In this document: piece by piece, positions 20,320 through 29,915 of the stretch | Numbering within the stretch: the first letter of the stretch is position 1 | How the letters are laid out: the number at the start of each line of letters is the position of its first letter | NCBI GenBank assembly: GCA_963705305.1 | Contig: OY970067.1 | Location: 2,912,001-2,976,000, forward strand | Reading direction: 5' to 3' | DNA from: an uncultured Methylomirabilota bacterium | Lineage (GTDB): Bacteria > Methylomirabilota > Methylomirabilia > Methylomirabilales > 2-02-FULL-66-22 | DNA length: 64,000 nt | Notes under the pieces: model-generated | Seen by the model: the letters and a program-made list of their open reading frames with translations, nothing else | What the model was told of the DNA's origin: nothing | Database searches by the model: none | Position numbers and translations under genes: made by a program

Positions 20320-21279
20320 ATGAAGACGCGAGCGGCGCAGCTGGTGGCTCCAGGAAAGGTGGTCCTGGTCGAGCGGGACCTCGAGCCGGGCCCCGACGAG
20401 GTGCTGGTGAAAGGACACCTCTCCGGGGTCTGCGGCTCGGACAAGGCTATGTATCGGGGGGACATCCCGCCGAAGATTCGGCTGCCATTTTTCATCGGCC
20501 ACGAGAGCGGCGGGACGGTGGTTGCCACGGGGTCGCGGGTGCGGGAGTATAAGACCGGTGACCGCGTGATGGTGTTCAAGTGGTGCAACACGTTTGCCGA
20601 CTACTACGTGGTCCCCGTGGGCGGACTCCAGCCGGTTCCCGAGGGCCTGGATCTGGACCTGGCCAGCCTGGGGGAGCCGGTGGCGTGTGCCATGTACTCG
20701 GCCCTCACCTGCGGCGCCGTGTTGGGCGATGTGGTGGCGGTCTACGGAATGGGGTTTGCCGGTCAGATCATCGCCCAGGCGGTCAAGCGCATGGGGGCGC
20801 ACGTGGTCGTGGCCATCGACGTGGCAAAGAGCAAGCTGGACGTGGCCAGGCGGCTGGGGAGCGACGTGACGGTCCATGCCGGCGAGACGGACCCGGTCCA
20901 AGTGGTCATGGACCTCACCGGAGGCCGCGGAGCCGATGTGGTGGTGGAGGCGGCCGGCACCGAGGCCAGCATGAACCAGGCCACGGCCATGCTCAAGCAT
21001 AACGGCATCCTGGCGCTCTACAGCTGGATCACCCAGCCGGTGAGACTGAGCATCGGCCGCTGGCACGATGATGGGCTTCAGATCCGCACGACCTGCCTGG
21101 TTCATCACACCGAGCAGGAGCGGGCCGTCTGGACGCCGTGGGCCCTGCGGCCGGTGATCCAGGGACAGATCGACGTCCGCGCGCTGATCACCCACGAGTT
21201 CCCGCTGGAGAAGGTCGCCGAAGCCTTCCGGGCGGCCGACGGGGACCCCACGGCCATCAAGGTGATCGTTCGGAGCTGA
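20320..21279 (+). CDS. Zinc-dependent medium-chain dehydrogenase (sorbitol/threonine-DH-like, lacks structural-Zn loop)
   Basis: GVCGSD, GHE, EPVAC, GMGFAG, LITHEFPL. Confidence 0.88.
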   Translation: MKTRAAQLVAPGKVVLVERDLEPGPDEVLVKGHLSGVCGSDKAMYRGDIPPKIRLPFFIGHESGGTVVATGSRVREYKTGDRVMVFKWCNTFADYYVVPVGGLQPVPEGLDLDLASLGEPVACAMYSALTCGAVLGDVVAVYGMGFAGQIIAQAVKRMGAHVVVAIDVAKSKLDVARRLGSDVTVHAGETDPVQVVMDLTGGRGADVVVEAAGTEASMNQATAMLKHNGILALYSWITQPVRLSIGRWHDDGLQIRTTCLVHHTEQERAVWTPWALRPVIQGQIDVRALITHEFPLEKVAEAFRAADGDPTAIKVIVRS

Positions 21280-21311
21280 GCCCCTCTCCTGAGAGACTCA
21301 CCGACAGTCCG

Positions 21312-21341
21312 TCCGGCCCGGGCCGATCGGCCCGGGCCGGA
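21312..21341. repeat. 30-bp perfect palindrome
   Basis: TCCGGCCCGGGCCGATCGGCCCGGGCCGGA is its own reverse complement. Confidence 0.85.
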
Positions 21342-21453
21342 TGCCCGGTTCCCGCCTGCGGCTCTCGAGCGGGGCCGCGGGTTCCGCTTTCTCTGCTTGT
21401 CCTGCTCCCCCTGCATTGGGTAATATGCGTTCACCATCCTGGGGGACTCCAGC

Positions 21454-22347
21454 GTGCCCAAGCCGGTCGTCTGCCGCATCGTGACGACGCGCCAGGAGGT
21501 TGAGGCCTGGCGCGATCAAGCGTTCCGCCGCCTCCCGGCGCGACGTGTGCGGGGAGAGCGAACCGCCCTCCAGTTCGTGCGGGAGGTCGGATTCTGCTTC
21601 ACCCTGAGCGACTTCGGTCTCCCGGTGGCCAGCCTGTACGTCGCGGTCTGCGGCCACCGCCATCCGCGGTGGCCCAAGCACACCCACCATGATCCGGCCA
21701 TCGGATTGACTTGGAATCTCAAGGACAGTCTGCCGGCGCGGCGCCTGACCTACTACGGCAAGCTGGTCAAGGGAAAGCCGACGCTGGTCTCGCTGGATCT
21801 CCTACCCGCCTTCTGCGCCGTGATCCGCGAGGGCCGCGGGAGCGGGGATTACATCCTGGATTACCGGCGCGGCCGCATGAGCCGCGTCGCGGCCTCCGTC
21901 CTGGACGCCCTCCACGAGCGGGGTCCCCTCACGACGCCCGAGCTGCGGAAGGCCGTCACGCAGAGCGGCCCCGGCCGCACCGCGGAGTTCGATCGGGCCA
22001 TGGCGGAGGCGCAGCGGGGGCTCTGGGTGGCCAAGGTGGAAGAGGTCTACGACCCCGACTTCTACTACCGCTGGGATCTCTTGGATAACTGGCTTCCCGG
22101 CCCCCTTGCCGCCTCGCTGGATCTGGGCCGGGCGGAGGCCGTCCAGCGGCTGTTGGCGGCCTACCTCGCGGGTGCGGCGGCGGCCCAACCCCGGTTCCTG
22201 GGGGGTCTCTTCGGCCTGGGGCTGGCGGAGGTGGAGGCCGGCCTAGCCGCGCTGGAACGGGCCGGCGCCATCCGGCGCGCCCAGCGCATCCGCGGGCTCC
22301 CCGGGAACTGGGCGGTCTGGGCTCCGGGGGCGCGGGACGAGAGGTGA
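21454..22347 (+). CDS. AlkZ/YcaQ-like winged-helix protein (putative DNA crosslink glycosylase)
   Basis: FVREVGFCF, WNLKDSLP, YYGKLVKGKPTLVS, GPLTTPELR; resemblance recalled from family, not searched. Confidence 0.6.
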   Translation: MPKPVVCRIVTTRQEVEAWRDQAFRRLPARRVRGERTALQFVREVGFCFTLSDFGLPVASLYVAVCGHRHPRWPKHTHHDPAIGLTWNLKDSLPARRLTYYGKLVKGKPTLVSLDLLPAFCAVIREGRGSGDYILDYRRGRMSRVAASVLDALHERGPLTTPELRKAVTQSGPGRTAEFDRAMAEAQRGLWVAKVEEVYDPDFYYRWDLLDNWLPGPLAASLDLGRAEAVQRLLAAYLAGAAAAQPRFLGGLFGLGLAEVEAGLAALERAGAIRRAQRIRGLPGNWAVWAPGARDER

Positions 22348-22475
22348 CCGGTGGCGCCTGGGAGCGGAGATGGCGGATGTGCTGGGGCTGGATCTGATTG
22401 CGGCGGCCGGCCAGAAGCTCTGCGAGAACGCCGAGAAGTATCCCGTGGCGCGGGCACGGGGAAACGCCAAGAAGT

Positions 22476-23744
22476 ATGATCAGCTGGCCTCGTAGGCGGT
22501 GGCGCCGGGCCTTGGGCCTCCTGCTGCTTATCCTGGGTGGGGCGGCGTGTGGCCGCGAGGCGCCCCTGGCCGAGCGGGTGAACGGCCTCCTGGAGCGGGG
22601 CGAGGCGGCCCGGGCCCTGGCCCTGGTATCCCAGCGGATCCAAACACGGCCGGAAGACTGGGCGGCCCACGACCTTCGAGTCCGGGTCCTCCTGCGCATG
22701 GGAGATCCGGACCAGGCGCTTCAGGCCTATGGGGCGCGCTGGCCCGAAGGCGGTCCCGAGGCACCGCTCCTGTTCCGCCGGATTGCCGTGTCCCTGCTCC
22801 GCGAGGGGCTGCAGAGCCCGGACGGCCTGCTGCGTAGCCGGGCGGCCGCGGCGCTGGCGGCGCTCGGCGCCCCGGATCTTTTGCCCCTCTTTCGCCTAGG
22901 CCTGGCGCAGCCGGAGGCCTCCGTCCGGGCGCTGACGGCGCGTGCTCTGGCTGCGCTGCCGGGGGAGGCCGGCAGTCGGCTGCTGCTCCAGGCGATCACG
23001 GATTCCCGGCCCGAGGTGCGGGCCGCGGCGGCAGGCGCGCTGGGGAACCGATCCGGCGTGGAGACGCGGGCGGCTCTGGAGCGGGCGCGCGCCGATGCGA
23101 GTCCGGCGGTGCGACTGGGGGCGGCCGCGGCGCTGGCTGAACGGGGGGACACGGCCGCATTGCGCGAGGTGCGCGCGATCCTGATCGGGGGAAAGGACTC
23201 CCTCCGCATGCAGGCTGCCGAGATCCTCGGCCATCTCGGAGATCCGGCCGCTGCTCGGCCGTTGCATGCCATGCTTCGGGAGGCGAATCCGTACGTGAGA
23301 ATCCCGGCGGCGGAGGCGCTGGCTCGCCTGGGGGATCCCGCCGGACCCGCGGCGCTCTCTGCCCTGCTGCATCATGCCGACGCCGTGGTTGCCCTGTATG
23401 CTGCAGAGGCCCTCTCCAACCTCAAAGATGCCGCCGGCACGGCCCGCCTCCTGGAGGCCCTCCGTCCCGCGGCGGAGCTGTCGACGCGCCTGTACGCCGC
23501 CTGGACGCTGGCCCGCTTGGGCGATCTCCGCGGTCGCCCTGTCCTGGAAGAGCTGGTGGCGCACCCCGATCCGCACGTGCGGATGCAAGCCGCCTGGGCG
23601 CTGGGGGAGATGGGACAGGAGGCCGGCGCGGCGGCGCTTCGTCGGGCCGTGCACGATCCGGTGCCGGCCGTTCGACTTCAAGCTGCCTTGGGGCTGGCGG
23701 CCCAGTTCATGCATGGGGAGGGGGTGGCACGGATAGGCGGGTGA
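22476..23744 (+). CDS. HEAT/PBS-lyase repeat protein, probable lipoprotein
   Basis: Repeated VRxxAAxALG units; N-terminal hydrophobic stretch ending GGAAC. Confidence 0.8.
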   Translation: MISWPRRRWRRALGLLLLILGGAACGREAPLAERVNGLLERGEAARALALVSQRIQTRPEDWAAHDLRVRVLLRMGDPDQALQAYGARWPEGGPEAPLLFRRIAVSLLREGLQSPDGLLRSRAAAALAALGAPDLLPLFRLGLAQPEASVRALTARALAALPGEAGSRLLLQAITDSRPEVRAAAAGALGNRSGVETRAALERARADASPAVRLGAAAALAERGDTAALREVRAILIGGKDSLRMQAAEILGHLGDPAAARPLHAMLREANPYVRIPAAEALARLGDPAGPAALSALLHHADAVVALYAAEALSNLKDAAGTARLLEALRPAAELSTRLYAAWTLARLGDLRGRPVLEELVAHPDPHVRMQAAWALGEMGQEAGAAALRRAVHDPVPAVRLQAALGLAAQFMHGEGVARIGG

Positions 23745-23981
23745 CCCAGGGCCCGCTGCCTGCACAGAGACCGACCCCCGCCTTGTATCGTTCTGAAGCG
23801 CAGAGAATATCTAGCGCGGCAAGCCTTACAAGGCCGGTGGCAGGGAGAGCGGCAGGGGCGAGAGGAAGGTGTCTGGGGCCACAGATCCAGGGTTGTTGAA
23901 ACAGTCACCACTGCCATTGTGACTGGAGAACCCGGATCCGTTCGCGTTCATGGGGGTAGCGTGAAAGGCTTGCCGTGCCGG

Positions 23982-24641
23982 ATGCGGGGCAGACAATTGA
24001 AAGTGGGCCGGCTCGCCCTCCTGTGTTTGCTGGTAGCGTCCTGCGCCCGCCCCGCGATCGTCCCGCCAGCCACCCTGGGAGCCGGCGAGATCGGCATGGC
24101 CTCGTGGTACGGGCCGGGCTTCCATGGCCGGCGAACTTCCAGTGGAGAGGTCTACGACATGTACCAGCTCACCGCCGCCCACAGGGACCTACCGCTGGAG
24201 ACGTGGGTCATGGTGACGAATCTCAACAACGGACGATCCGTGGAAGTTCGGGTAAACGACCGTGGCCCGTTCGTTGACGATCGGATCATTGATGTCTCCT
24301 ATGCCGCGGGGCGCCTGTTGGGGATGATCGGTCCCGGGGTGATTCCTGTCCGGGTTGTGGTGACTCGGCCTGCGCAGACATACGGCCCTGGTCCTGTCAC
24401 TTTGTCAGCTGGATACACCGTCCAAGTGGGCTCCTTTGCTGCCGAAGAGAACGCCCGCGAGCTGGAGCGGATACTGGACGCAGATTTTCAGGATGTGGAA
24501 GTGGTCCGTCGGCTGGTGGCTGGCAGCACCTACTTCCGGGTCCGGGTGGGCAAGTTCTCCAGCCACCTGGAGGCGGAGGCGCTGGCCAAGCGGCTGGCCG
24601 CCCGCGGGCTAAATGTGCTCATCATGGAGGTAGAGCCGTAG
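23982..24641 (+). CDS. rlpA: Septal ring lytic transglycosylase with SPOR domain
   Basis: Lipobox VASC; GMASWYG, TAAHRDLP, VRVNDRGPF, IIDVS; SPOR YTVQVGSF...FRVRVG; start uncertain. Confidence 0.93.
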   Translation: MRGRQLKVGRLALLCLLVASCARPAIVPPATLGAGEIGMASWYGPGFHGRRTSSGEVYDMYQLTAAHRDLPLETWVMVTNLNNGRSVEVRVNDRGPFVDDRIIDVSYAAGRLLGMIGPGVIPVRVVVTRPAQTYGPGPVTLSAGYTVQVGSFAAEENARELERILDADFQDVEVVRRLVAGSTYFRVRVGKFSSHLEAEALAKRLAARGLNVLIMEVEP

Positions 24642-24952
24642 ATGGCGATGAGTTGCGATTGTGCGCAGACCGGCAACAGCAGGAGATAGGGCTTGACTCT
24701 CCGGCGCGATGCGTGTTACCGTGCGCCCGAATTTGTTACGAAAATCACATACGGAACGGGAGGCGCTGTCTTGCCGCATGCGCTCACAGAGTGCTGGGCG
24801 GCCCAAAGATCGAAAGGGAATTGATTCTCACGGGCGTGGCATCGCCTGGCCAATGACCAGGGAAGTTGCGTCCATCCCGAGCGCCGTCTGGCCGGCCTCG
24901 GGTCCTCCCCAAGCAGGCAGCATGCCGTGATCCTTTGCGCAAGGAGGCAGGA

Positions 24953-25901
24953 ATGGCCACCCGGTTTTATACAGTACTCGTCCTTCCCGATGCCACCTCT
25001 CCGGCTCGAAAGTTTCATATCCACCGGTCTGTCCTCACCGGGCTGTCCGTGTTCGCGGCGCTATTGTTTCTCGCTTTCGGCTTCTTCACCTACCAATACG
25101 TCAATTTGAACGTCCGGATGCTGGAGCTCAAGCAGCTGCGCCAAGAGGTGCGGGATCAGAGTCATCTGGCGCAGAAGGTAAGCCAGCTGGAAGGCGATCT
25201 CTCCCGGCTGCGCGATCTGGACCGCAGGGTGCGCGTTGCCGCCGGCCTGGGCAAGGCCGATGCGCAGGAACCCGTCCTGGCAGAGGGGGGTGCCGTGACG
25301 CCGAGCCGGACGGCCCTGCTGGAGGCGGTGAAGGAGCAGGCCGTCCGCCCCGCGGACTCGATGAACCACGACCTGGACGTTCCTGGGGCAGGAGATCACC
25401 TCTCGCGAACAGAGTTTCCGCGAGTTGAATCGCCTCTTGGAGGAAAAGCGGTCCCTGCTGGCCTCGACCCCGACCATCCCCCCCGTCAAGGGCCTGATCA
25501 CGGCCGGTTTCGGCTACCGGCGATCGCCCTTCACGGGACAGCGCGAGATGCATGAAGGCGTGGACATCGCCGCCCCGGTGGGGACGCCGGTGGTGGCGAC
25601 GGCAGACGGCATCGTCTCCTTTGCCGGCCCGCTGTCGGATTACGGCAATGCAGTGTACATCGATCACGGCCACGGCTTCGCGACCTTCTACGCGCACAAC
25701 AGCAGAATCCGGGTGCGGGAGGGGCAGTCGGTGAAGCGGGGGAACGTCATCGCGTACGTGGGATCCACCGGGCGAGCCACCGGACCCCATGTCCATTACG
25801 AAGTTCACCTCAACGGAGCCGTCCTGAACCCCATGAAATATATCATTGACACGACGGGAATAAAGTTCGCCGGCGAAGGGGAGGGCAGCGGCCAGTCCTA
25901 G
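24953..25901 (+). CDS. M23 family peptidase; +1 frameshift at 25376-25382, probably a sequencing artefact
   Basis: Span is 3n+1; TM plus coiled coil, then HEGVD, YAH and GPHVHYEV; restoring GACGTC fuses the two ORFs. Confidence 0.9.
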
Positions 25902-25924
25902 CCGCCCCAAGTCGCGTGCAGGTC

Positions 25925-25956
25925 AGCGCCCCGGACAGAATCCGGGGCGCTTTTTT
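25925..25956 (+). terminator. Rho-independent terminator
   Basis: AGCGCCCCGGA-CAGAA-TCCGGGGCGC followed by TTTTTT. Confidence 0.85.
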
Positions 25957-26016
25957 GCGCGCCATGACAACGCGACTGATGCCCATCCCGGAAACATCCG
26001 GGGATGAAAGGAGGTA

Positions 26017-26196
26017 TTACTCCTCCTCGTCCTGGAGACTGGCGAGGAGGGCGGTGAGATGGGGGTCGCCTCCCGCCGGGGGACGCCAATCCACCTGAAC
26101 GACCTCGACGCCCTCGGCGCGCAGCCCCTCGGCGAAGCTCTCCAGCCCGATATTGACGACCCAGAGCGTCTCCGGGAAGATCCCCTTCCGATTCAT
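26017..26196 (-). CDS. Small FdrA-associated protein (59 aa; below the ORF-track cutoff)
   Basis: MNRKGIFPETLWVVNIGLESFAEGLRAEGVEVVQVDWRPPAGGDPHLTALLASLQDEEE; ATGA overlap with fdrA stop; VVNIGL...VDWRPPAGG motif. Confidence 0.8.
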   Translation of the reverse strand: MNRKGIFPETLWVVNIGLESFAEGLRAEGVEVVQVDWRPPAGGDPHLTALLASLQDEEE

Positions 26197-27746
26197 GATT
26201 TGCCCTCCAAGAGTTGGCTGGCCAGCGCAGGCCGTGCGATCAGGGCCGCGAACCGGGCCGCCTCGGCGTTGGCCGGAAGCACCTCGGCGCCTGCCTCCTG
26301 AAGTTGCGCGACCTGGCGCTCCAGCCCCTGCGGGTCCTGCGAGGTGCCGACGACGGAGGCCACCGCCGCCAGGGTTCGCCCGGACTCCCCGGCCGTCCGG
26401 CGGGCTGCTCGCAGAGCCGCCGCCAGCGGGGCGGCGGGATCGGGATGGGACGCCCGGCCCAGGACTAGGTCCACCAGCAGAACCGACACGTGGGGCGACC
26501 GGCCCGCCTCCCGGATCAGCTCCGTGCGCATCTGGGGGTCGATCATGGGATGCGGCCTGCCCACGGTGAATTGGTCGTCGCCCAGGTCCACGATGCGATG
26601 GGGCACCTCAGCGGTCCGGGTAAGCGCGTTGAATCCGACCGGGCCGAGCAGGGGTGCGAGCACCAGCTGGGCCTCGTGCGCCAGCGTCCCGCCGGTGTAC
26701 AGGCCGAGCAGGCCCCCTCCGCCGGCCCCCGCGAGACGATGCGCCCGCTCCCACCGGGTCCGTACGTCCCGGAGGTCGCCGAAGACCTGCGGCGACCATT
26801 CGCGCATCCGAAGCGCCGCCACGGCGGCGTCGGCGGCCGCGTCGAGCGTCTCCACCCAGCGGGCCCGGCCCGTCCCGGGAGGGGCGGCACCCAGACAGCA
26901 CACGATCGTGGGCTTCCGGATCGTATCGAGCGCCTCCAGCAGCCGCGGCAGCATCTCGGGGTGTGGAGGCTTGGAGAGGAGCACGACGGCTTCGGTGGCC
27001 GCATCCCCGGCCAATGCCCCCAGCGCGAACAAGGTCATTGTCCCCTCGACCTCGAGGGACAGGTCTCGCCCGCCTACGCCGATCCCGTGGGAGATGCCTT
27101 CGCCCAGCGCCGCCAGGCGCGAGGCGACGGCCTGCAGGCCGGTTCCGGAAGCGGCCACGATCCCGATGCGCCCGCGGGGGACGACGTTGGAGAACCCGAT
27201 GCCCTGCCCGCTCAGGTAGGCCGTGCCGCAATCAGGCCCCATGCAGAAGCGTCCCAGCCGCCGGGCTTCCCGCTTCAGCTCGATCTCGTCCGCCAGGGGT
27301 ACGTGGTCGCTGAAGAGGAACACGTGCAGGCCGCGCCGCAAGGCCCGCAAGGCCTCGAACTTGGCGTAGGCGCCGGGCACCGAAATGGCGACTAGGTTGG
27401 CCCGGGGCAGCGTTTTGAGCGCGGAGTCAAGAGTGCGCGGCCGGCCTTCGGCCGATTGCTCCGCGGTCCGGCGCCGCTCGGTGAGCAGCTCGCGGGCCGC
27501 CGCGAGCGCCGCCGCAGCCGCCGCCTCGGTCTCCGCCTCGACGGCCAGGATCAGGTCGTCGGGCCGGGCCGCTCGTGTCTCGGCGACGGCCAGACCCGTC
27601 TGCTCCAGCAGGGCGTGATTGGCGGGAGTGCCCATGAAGGCAGCCGCCTCCCGGACACCCGGCCGGCCGCGCACCTGTCCGGCCACCCGCATCAGGACGA
27701 CCGAGTCTTGATAGAAGGATGTTAGGACCTCAGCGCGGATCGGCAT
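26193..27746 (-). CDS. fdrA: FdrA/AllF acyl-CoA synthetase-like protein (oxamate carbamoyltransferase subunit)
   Basis: YQDSVVLM, MGTPAN, ISVPG, FSDHV, MGPDCGT, ASGTGLQ, GGTL, DLGDDQFTVGRPHPMIDP. Confidence 0.92.
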   Translation of the reverse strand: MPIRAEVLTSFYQDSVVLMRVAGQVRGRPGVREAAAFMGTPANHALLEQTGLAVAETRAARPDDLILAVEAETEAAAAAALAAARELLTERRRTAEQSAEGRPRTLDSALKTLPRANLVAISVPGAYAKFEALRALRRGLHVFLFSDHVPLADEIELKREARRLGRFCMGPDCGTAYLSGQGIGFSNVVPRGRIGIVAASGTGLQAVASRLAALGEGISHGIGVGGRDLSLEVEGTMTLFALGALAGDAATEAVVLLSKPPHPEMLPRLLEALDTIRKPTIVCCLGAAPPGTGRARWVETLDAAADAAVAALRMREWSPQVFGDLRDVRTRWERAHRLAGAGGGGLLGLYTGGTLAHEAQLVLAPLLGPVGFNALTRTAEVPHRIVDLGDDQFTVGRPHPMIDPQMRTELIREAGRSPHVSVLLVDLVLGRASHPDPAAPLAAALRAARRTAGESGRTLAAVASVVGTSQDPQGLERQVAQLQEAGAEVLPANAEAARFAALIARPALASQLLEGKS

Positions 27747-27774
27747 CGGCTATCTCCCCATGGTCATGAGCCGT

Positions 27775-27935
27775 CTAGCAGGCTGCTGAAAAAGTCCCGT
27801 CTGCGGCGTTGCCGCACTCCCGCGACGCTGCGGCGTACGGGCGAAGTACGCCTCGCGCCGCAGATCGTGCGGCGCCTTGCATCTGGGCCTTTTTGAGCAG
27901 CCTGAGCGAAAACAAGTACTTCAGCACCTTGCTAG
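27775..27935. mobile_element. MITE-like element, copy 1 (about 160 bp)
   Basis: CTAG-CAGGCTGCTGAA...TTCAGCACCTTG-CTAG terminal inverted repeats with CTAG at both ends; internal hairpins; homologous to 47933-48091. Confidence 0.8.
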
Positions 27936-28957
27936 AGAAGTCCGGGGGACCTCCCGCCCGGCGGGGCGTGGCGTTCCTGTGCGAGATGCACCCGCGACAC
28001 CGCCAGCAGCCCGGCGAGGGCATCCCAGCCGGACGTGTGACCGATGGTGTCCAGGGCAGTCAGGGACGCGGCGAGCCCCGGGACGTCCGGCGTTCCCAGG
28101 GCCGCAATGACATCGTGCAGCGGGGCGGACCCCTCGCCACCTCCGGCGCAATCCAGGTGGGCCAGGCTGATGGCGTGCGTCAGGTGCTGCCCCCAATCGA
28201 TCACCTGGGCGGCCAGCCGCCGTGCCAAGAATCCCCAGCCCAGGCTGTGGAGGGCAATCATCGCCCCGCAGAGAAAGTCATCGCCGGACGGGGTGAGGCC
28301 GGGCCCCAACCCGACCAGCGCCCGTACGGCGGAAGGCAGGAACGGCGGAGCGCCACCGCCGCCGGCCATGCTCTCCCCCAGCCATACCTCCAGCGCATGG
28401 ATGCCCGGCACCGCCGCCCGGAGGAGAGGGGAGCATGCCGCCGTGCCCAGCCGCGGCCCGCTCGCAGGCACCGCCAGCGGCAGGAGGAGCGGCCACAGGC
28501 CATTGCGTGGCGGATGGGCCGCCAACCGGGACCGGAGCGCATCCACGCCGCGGGACAGGTATATGCTCTGCCAGCCTGGCGGAGGCGGGGTCGGACGCCA
28601 GCGGGCCGCATCGCGGAAGGTGAAACGGGTCCCCTCCGGGAAGGTCAGCGCAGCCCCGTCGCAGCCCGCGGCCATCCCCGGATGAAGTCCGGCGGCCGGC
28701 CAGTCGGCAGCCGGCGGGATGGCACACAAGACATTGAGGGGACCCCCGCCGAGGGCGGTCGGCCCCAGGCAGATCAGCCGTCCCGCCCCGCTCCGGCAGT
28801 AGAAAGAACGTCGGAACACGGCCAGAACGCTCCAGTGCGTTCCGACACCGAGCGCGCGTCGGGCCGGGTCGCCCAGGAGTGTTACATGGTACATCCGGGG
28901 GGGAGGGGGTTGCCGCCCCGGCGTGCCGCGGGTGTCTGAGCGGATGTTAGGATTCAT
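27932..28957 (-). CDS. DUF2877 / YlbF (AllH)-like protein
   Basis: LVGLGPGLTPSGDDFLCG and IGHTSGWD motifs; in cluster with fdrA and carbamate kinase. Confidence 0.88.
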   Translation of the reverse strand: MNPNIRSDTRGTPGRQPPPPRMYHVTLLGDPARRALGVGTHWSVLAVFRRSFYCRSGAGRLICLGPTALGGGPLNVLCAIPPAADWPAAGLHPGMAAGCDGAALTFPEGTRFTFRDAARWRPTPPPPGWQSIYLSRGVDALRSRLAAHPPRNGLWPLLLPLAVPASGPRLGTAACSPLLRAAVPGIHALEVWLGESMAGGGGAPPFLPSAVRALVGLGPGLTPSGDDFLCGAMIALHSLGWGFLARRLAAQVIDWGQHLTHAISLAHLDCAGGGEGSAPLHDVIAALGTPDVPGLAASLTALDTIGHTSGWDALAGLLAVSRVHLAQERHAPPGGRSPGLL

Positions 28958-29915
28958 CGGGTAAGATGTGCGTCCCCCTCTCTCCGAGCAATGCCGGCAG
29001 CGCCTCGTTCAGGTGCGCGATGATGGCCCGCTGGCCCCCGCCCTCCAGAAAGCGGATGGCGGCCTCGATCTTTGGTCCCATGCTCCCCGCCGGAAACTGG
29101 CCCGCCGCCAGATGCGCGCGCATCTCCGAGGCAGACACCCTCCCCAGGGGGCGCTCCTGCGGGGTGCCGAAGTGAACGGAAACGCGAGGGACGGCCGTCA
29201 GGATCATCATCACCGGAATATGCAGGACGTTGGCCATGAGGGCGGATGTCAGATCCTTGTCGATGACCGCCTCCACCCCGTGGCGAATCTTCTGGGGGTC
29301 GCGGATCACGGGAATGCCGCCGCCGCCCCCTGCGATGACCACCGTGCCTCGCTTGGCCAAGGCCTCGATCAGCGAGATGTCCACGATGTGCCTGGGCCTG
29401 GGCGAGGGGACCACCAGACGCCACCCCCGCCCCGCATCCTCCTGCATGGCCCATCCCAGTTCCTGCGTGAGGGCACGCGCCTCCTCCTCGGTAAAGAAGT
29501 AGCCCACCGGCTTGGTCGGCTGCCGGAAGGCCGGATCGTCGGGATCCACTTCCACCTGGGTAAGGAGACAGACGACGTGCCGCTGGTTGCCCACCTCGCG
29601 CAGGGCGTTCTCGAAGGCCTGCATCAAGAGGTAGGCAATCCCGCCCTGACTGTGGGCGACGCAGATGTCCAGGGACATGGGCACGACCCGGTCCCGGGCG
29701 AGAGCCTGCCGCATGAGGATCTTGCCGACGACCGGGCCGTTCCCGTGCGTCACGATCAGCTCGTTGTCCAGCTCCATCAAGGGGAGGAGGGCGCGACCCG
29801 TCGCGGCGGCCAGGTGCGCCTGCTCCTCGGCCGAGCCCCGGGTGTCCGCCGGATGGATGGCGTTTCCCCCGATGGCGACCAACAGGCGGCGCGGCAGGCT
29901 CGGCAGATCGCTCAC
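28947..29915 (-). CDS. arcC: Carbamate kinase
   Basis: AIGGNA, THGNGPVVG, SQGGIAY, PTKPVG, VVPSPRP, GGGGIPV, EAVIDKD, GSMGPK; GTG start overlapping the upstream stop. Confidence 0.94.
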   Translation of the reverse strand: MSDLPSLPRRLLVAIGGNAIHPADTRGSAEEQAHLAAATGRALLPLMELDNELIVTHGNGPVVGKILMRQALARDRVVPMSLDICVAHSQGGIAYLLMQAFENALREVGNQRHVVCLLTQVEVDPDDPAFRQPTKPVGYFFTEEEARALTQELGWAMQEDAGRGWRLVVPSPRPRHIVDISLIEALAKRGTVVIAGGGGGIPVIRDPQKIRHGVEAVIDKDLTSALMANVLHIPVMMILTAVPRVSVHFGTPQERPLGRVSASEMRAHLAAGQFPAGSMGPKIEAAIRFLEGGGQRAIIAHLNEALPALLGERGTHILPDES

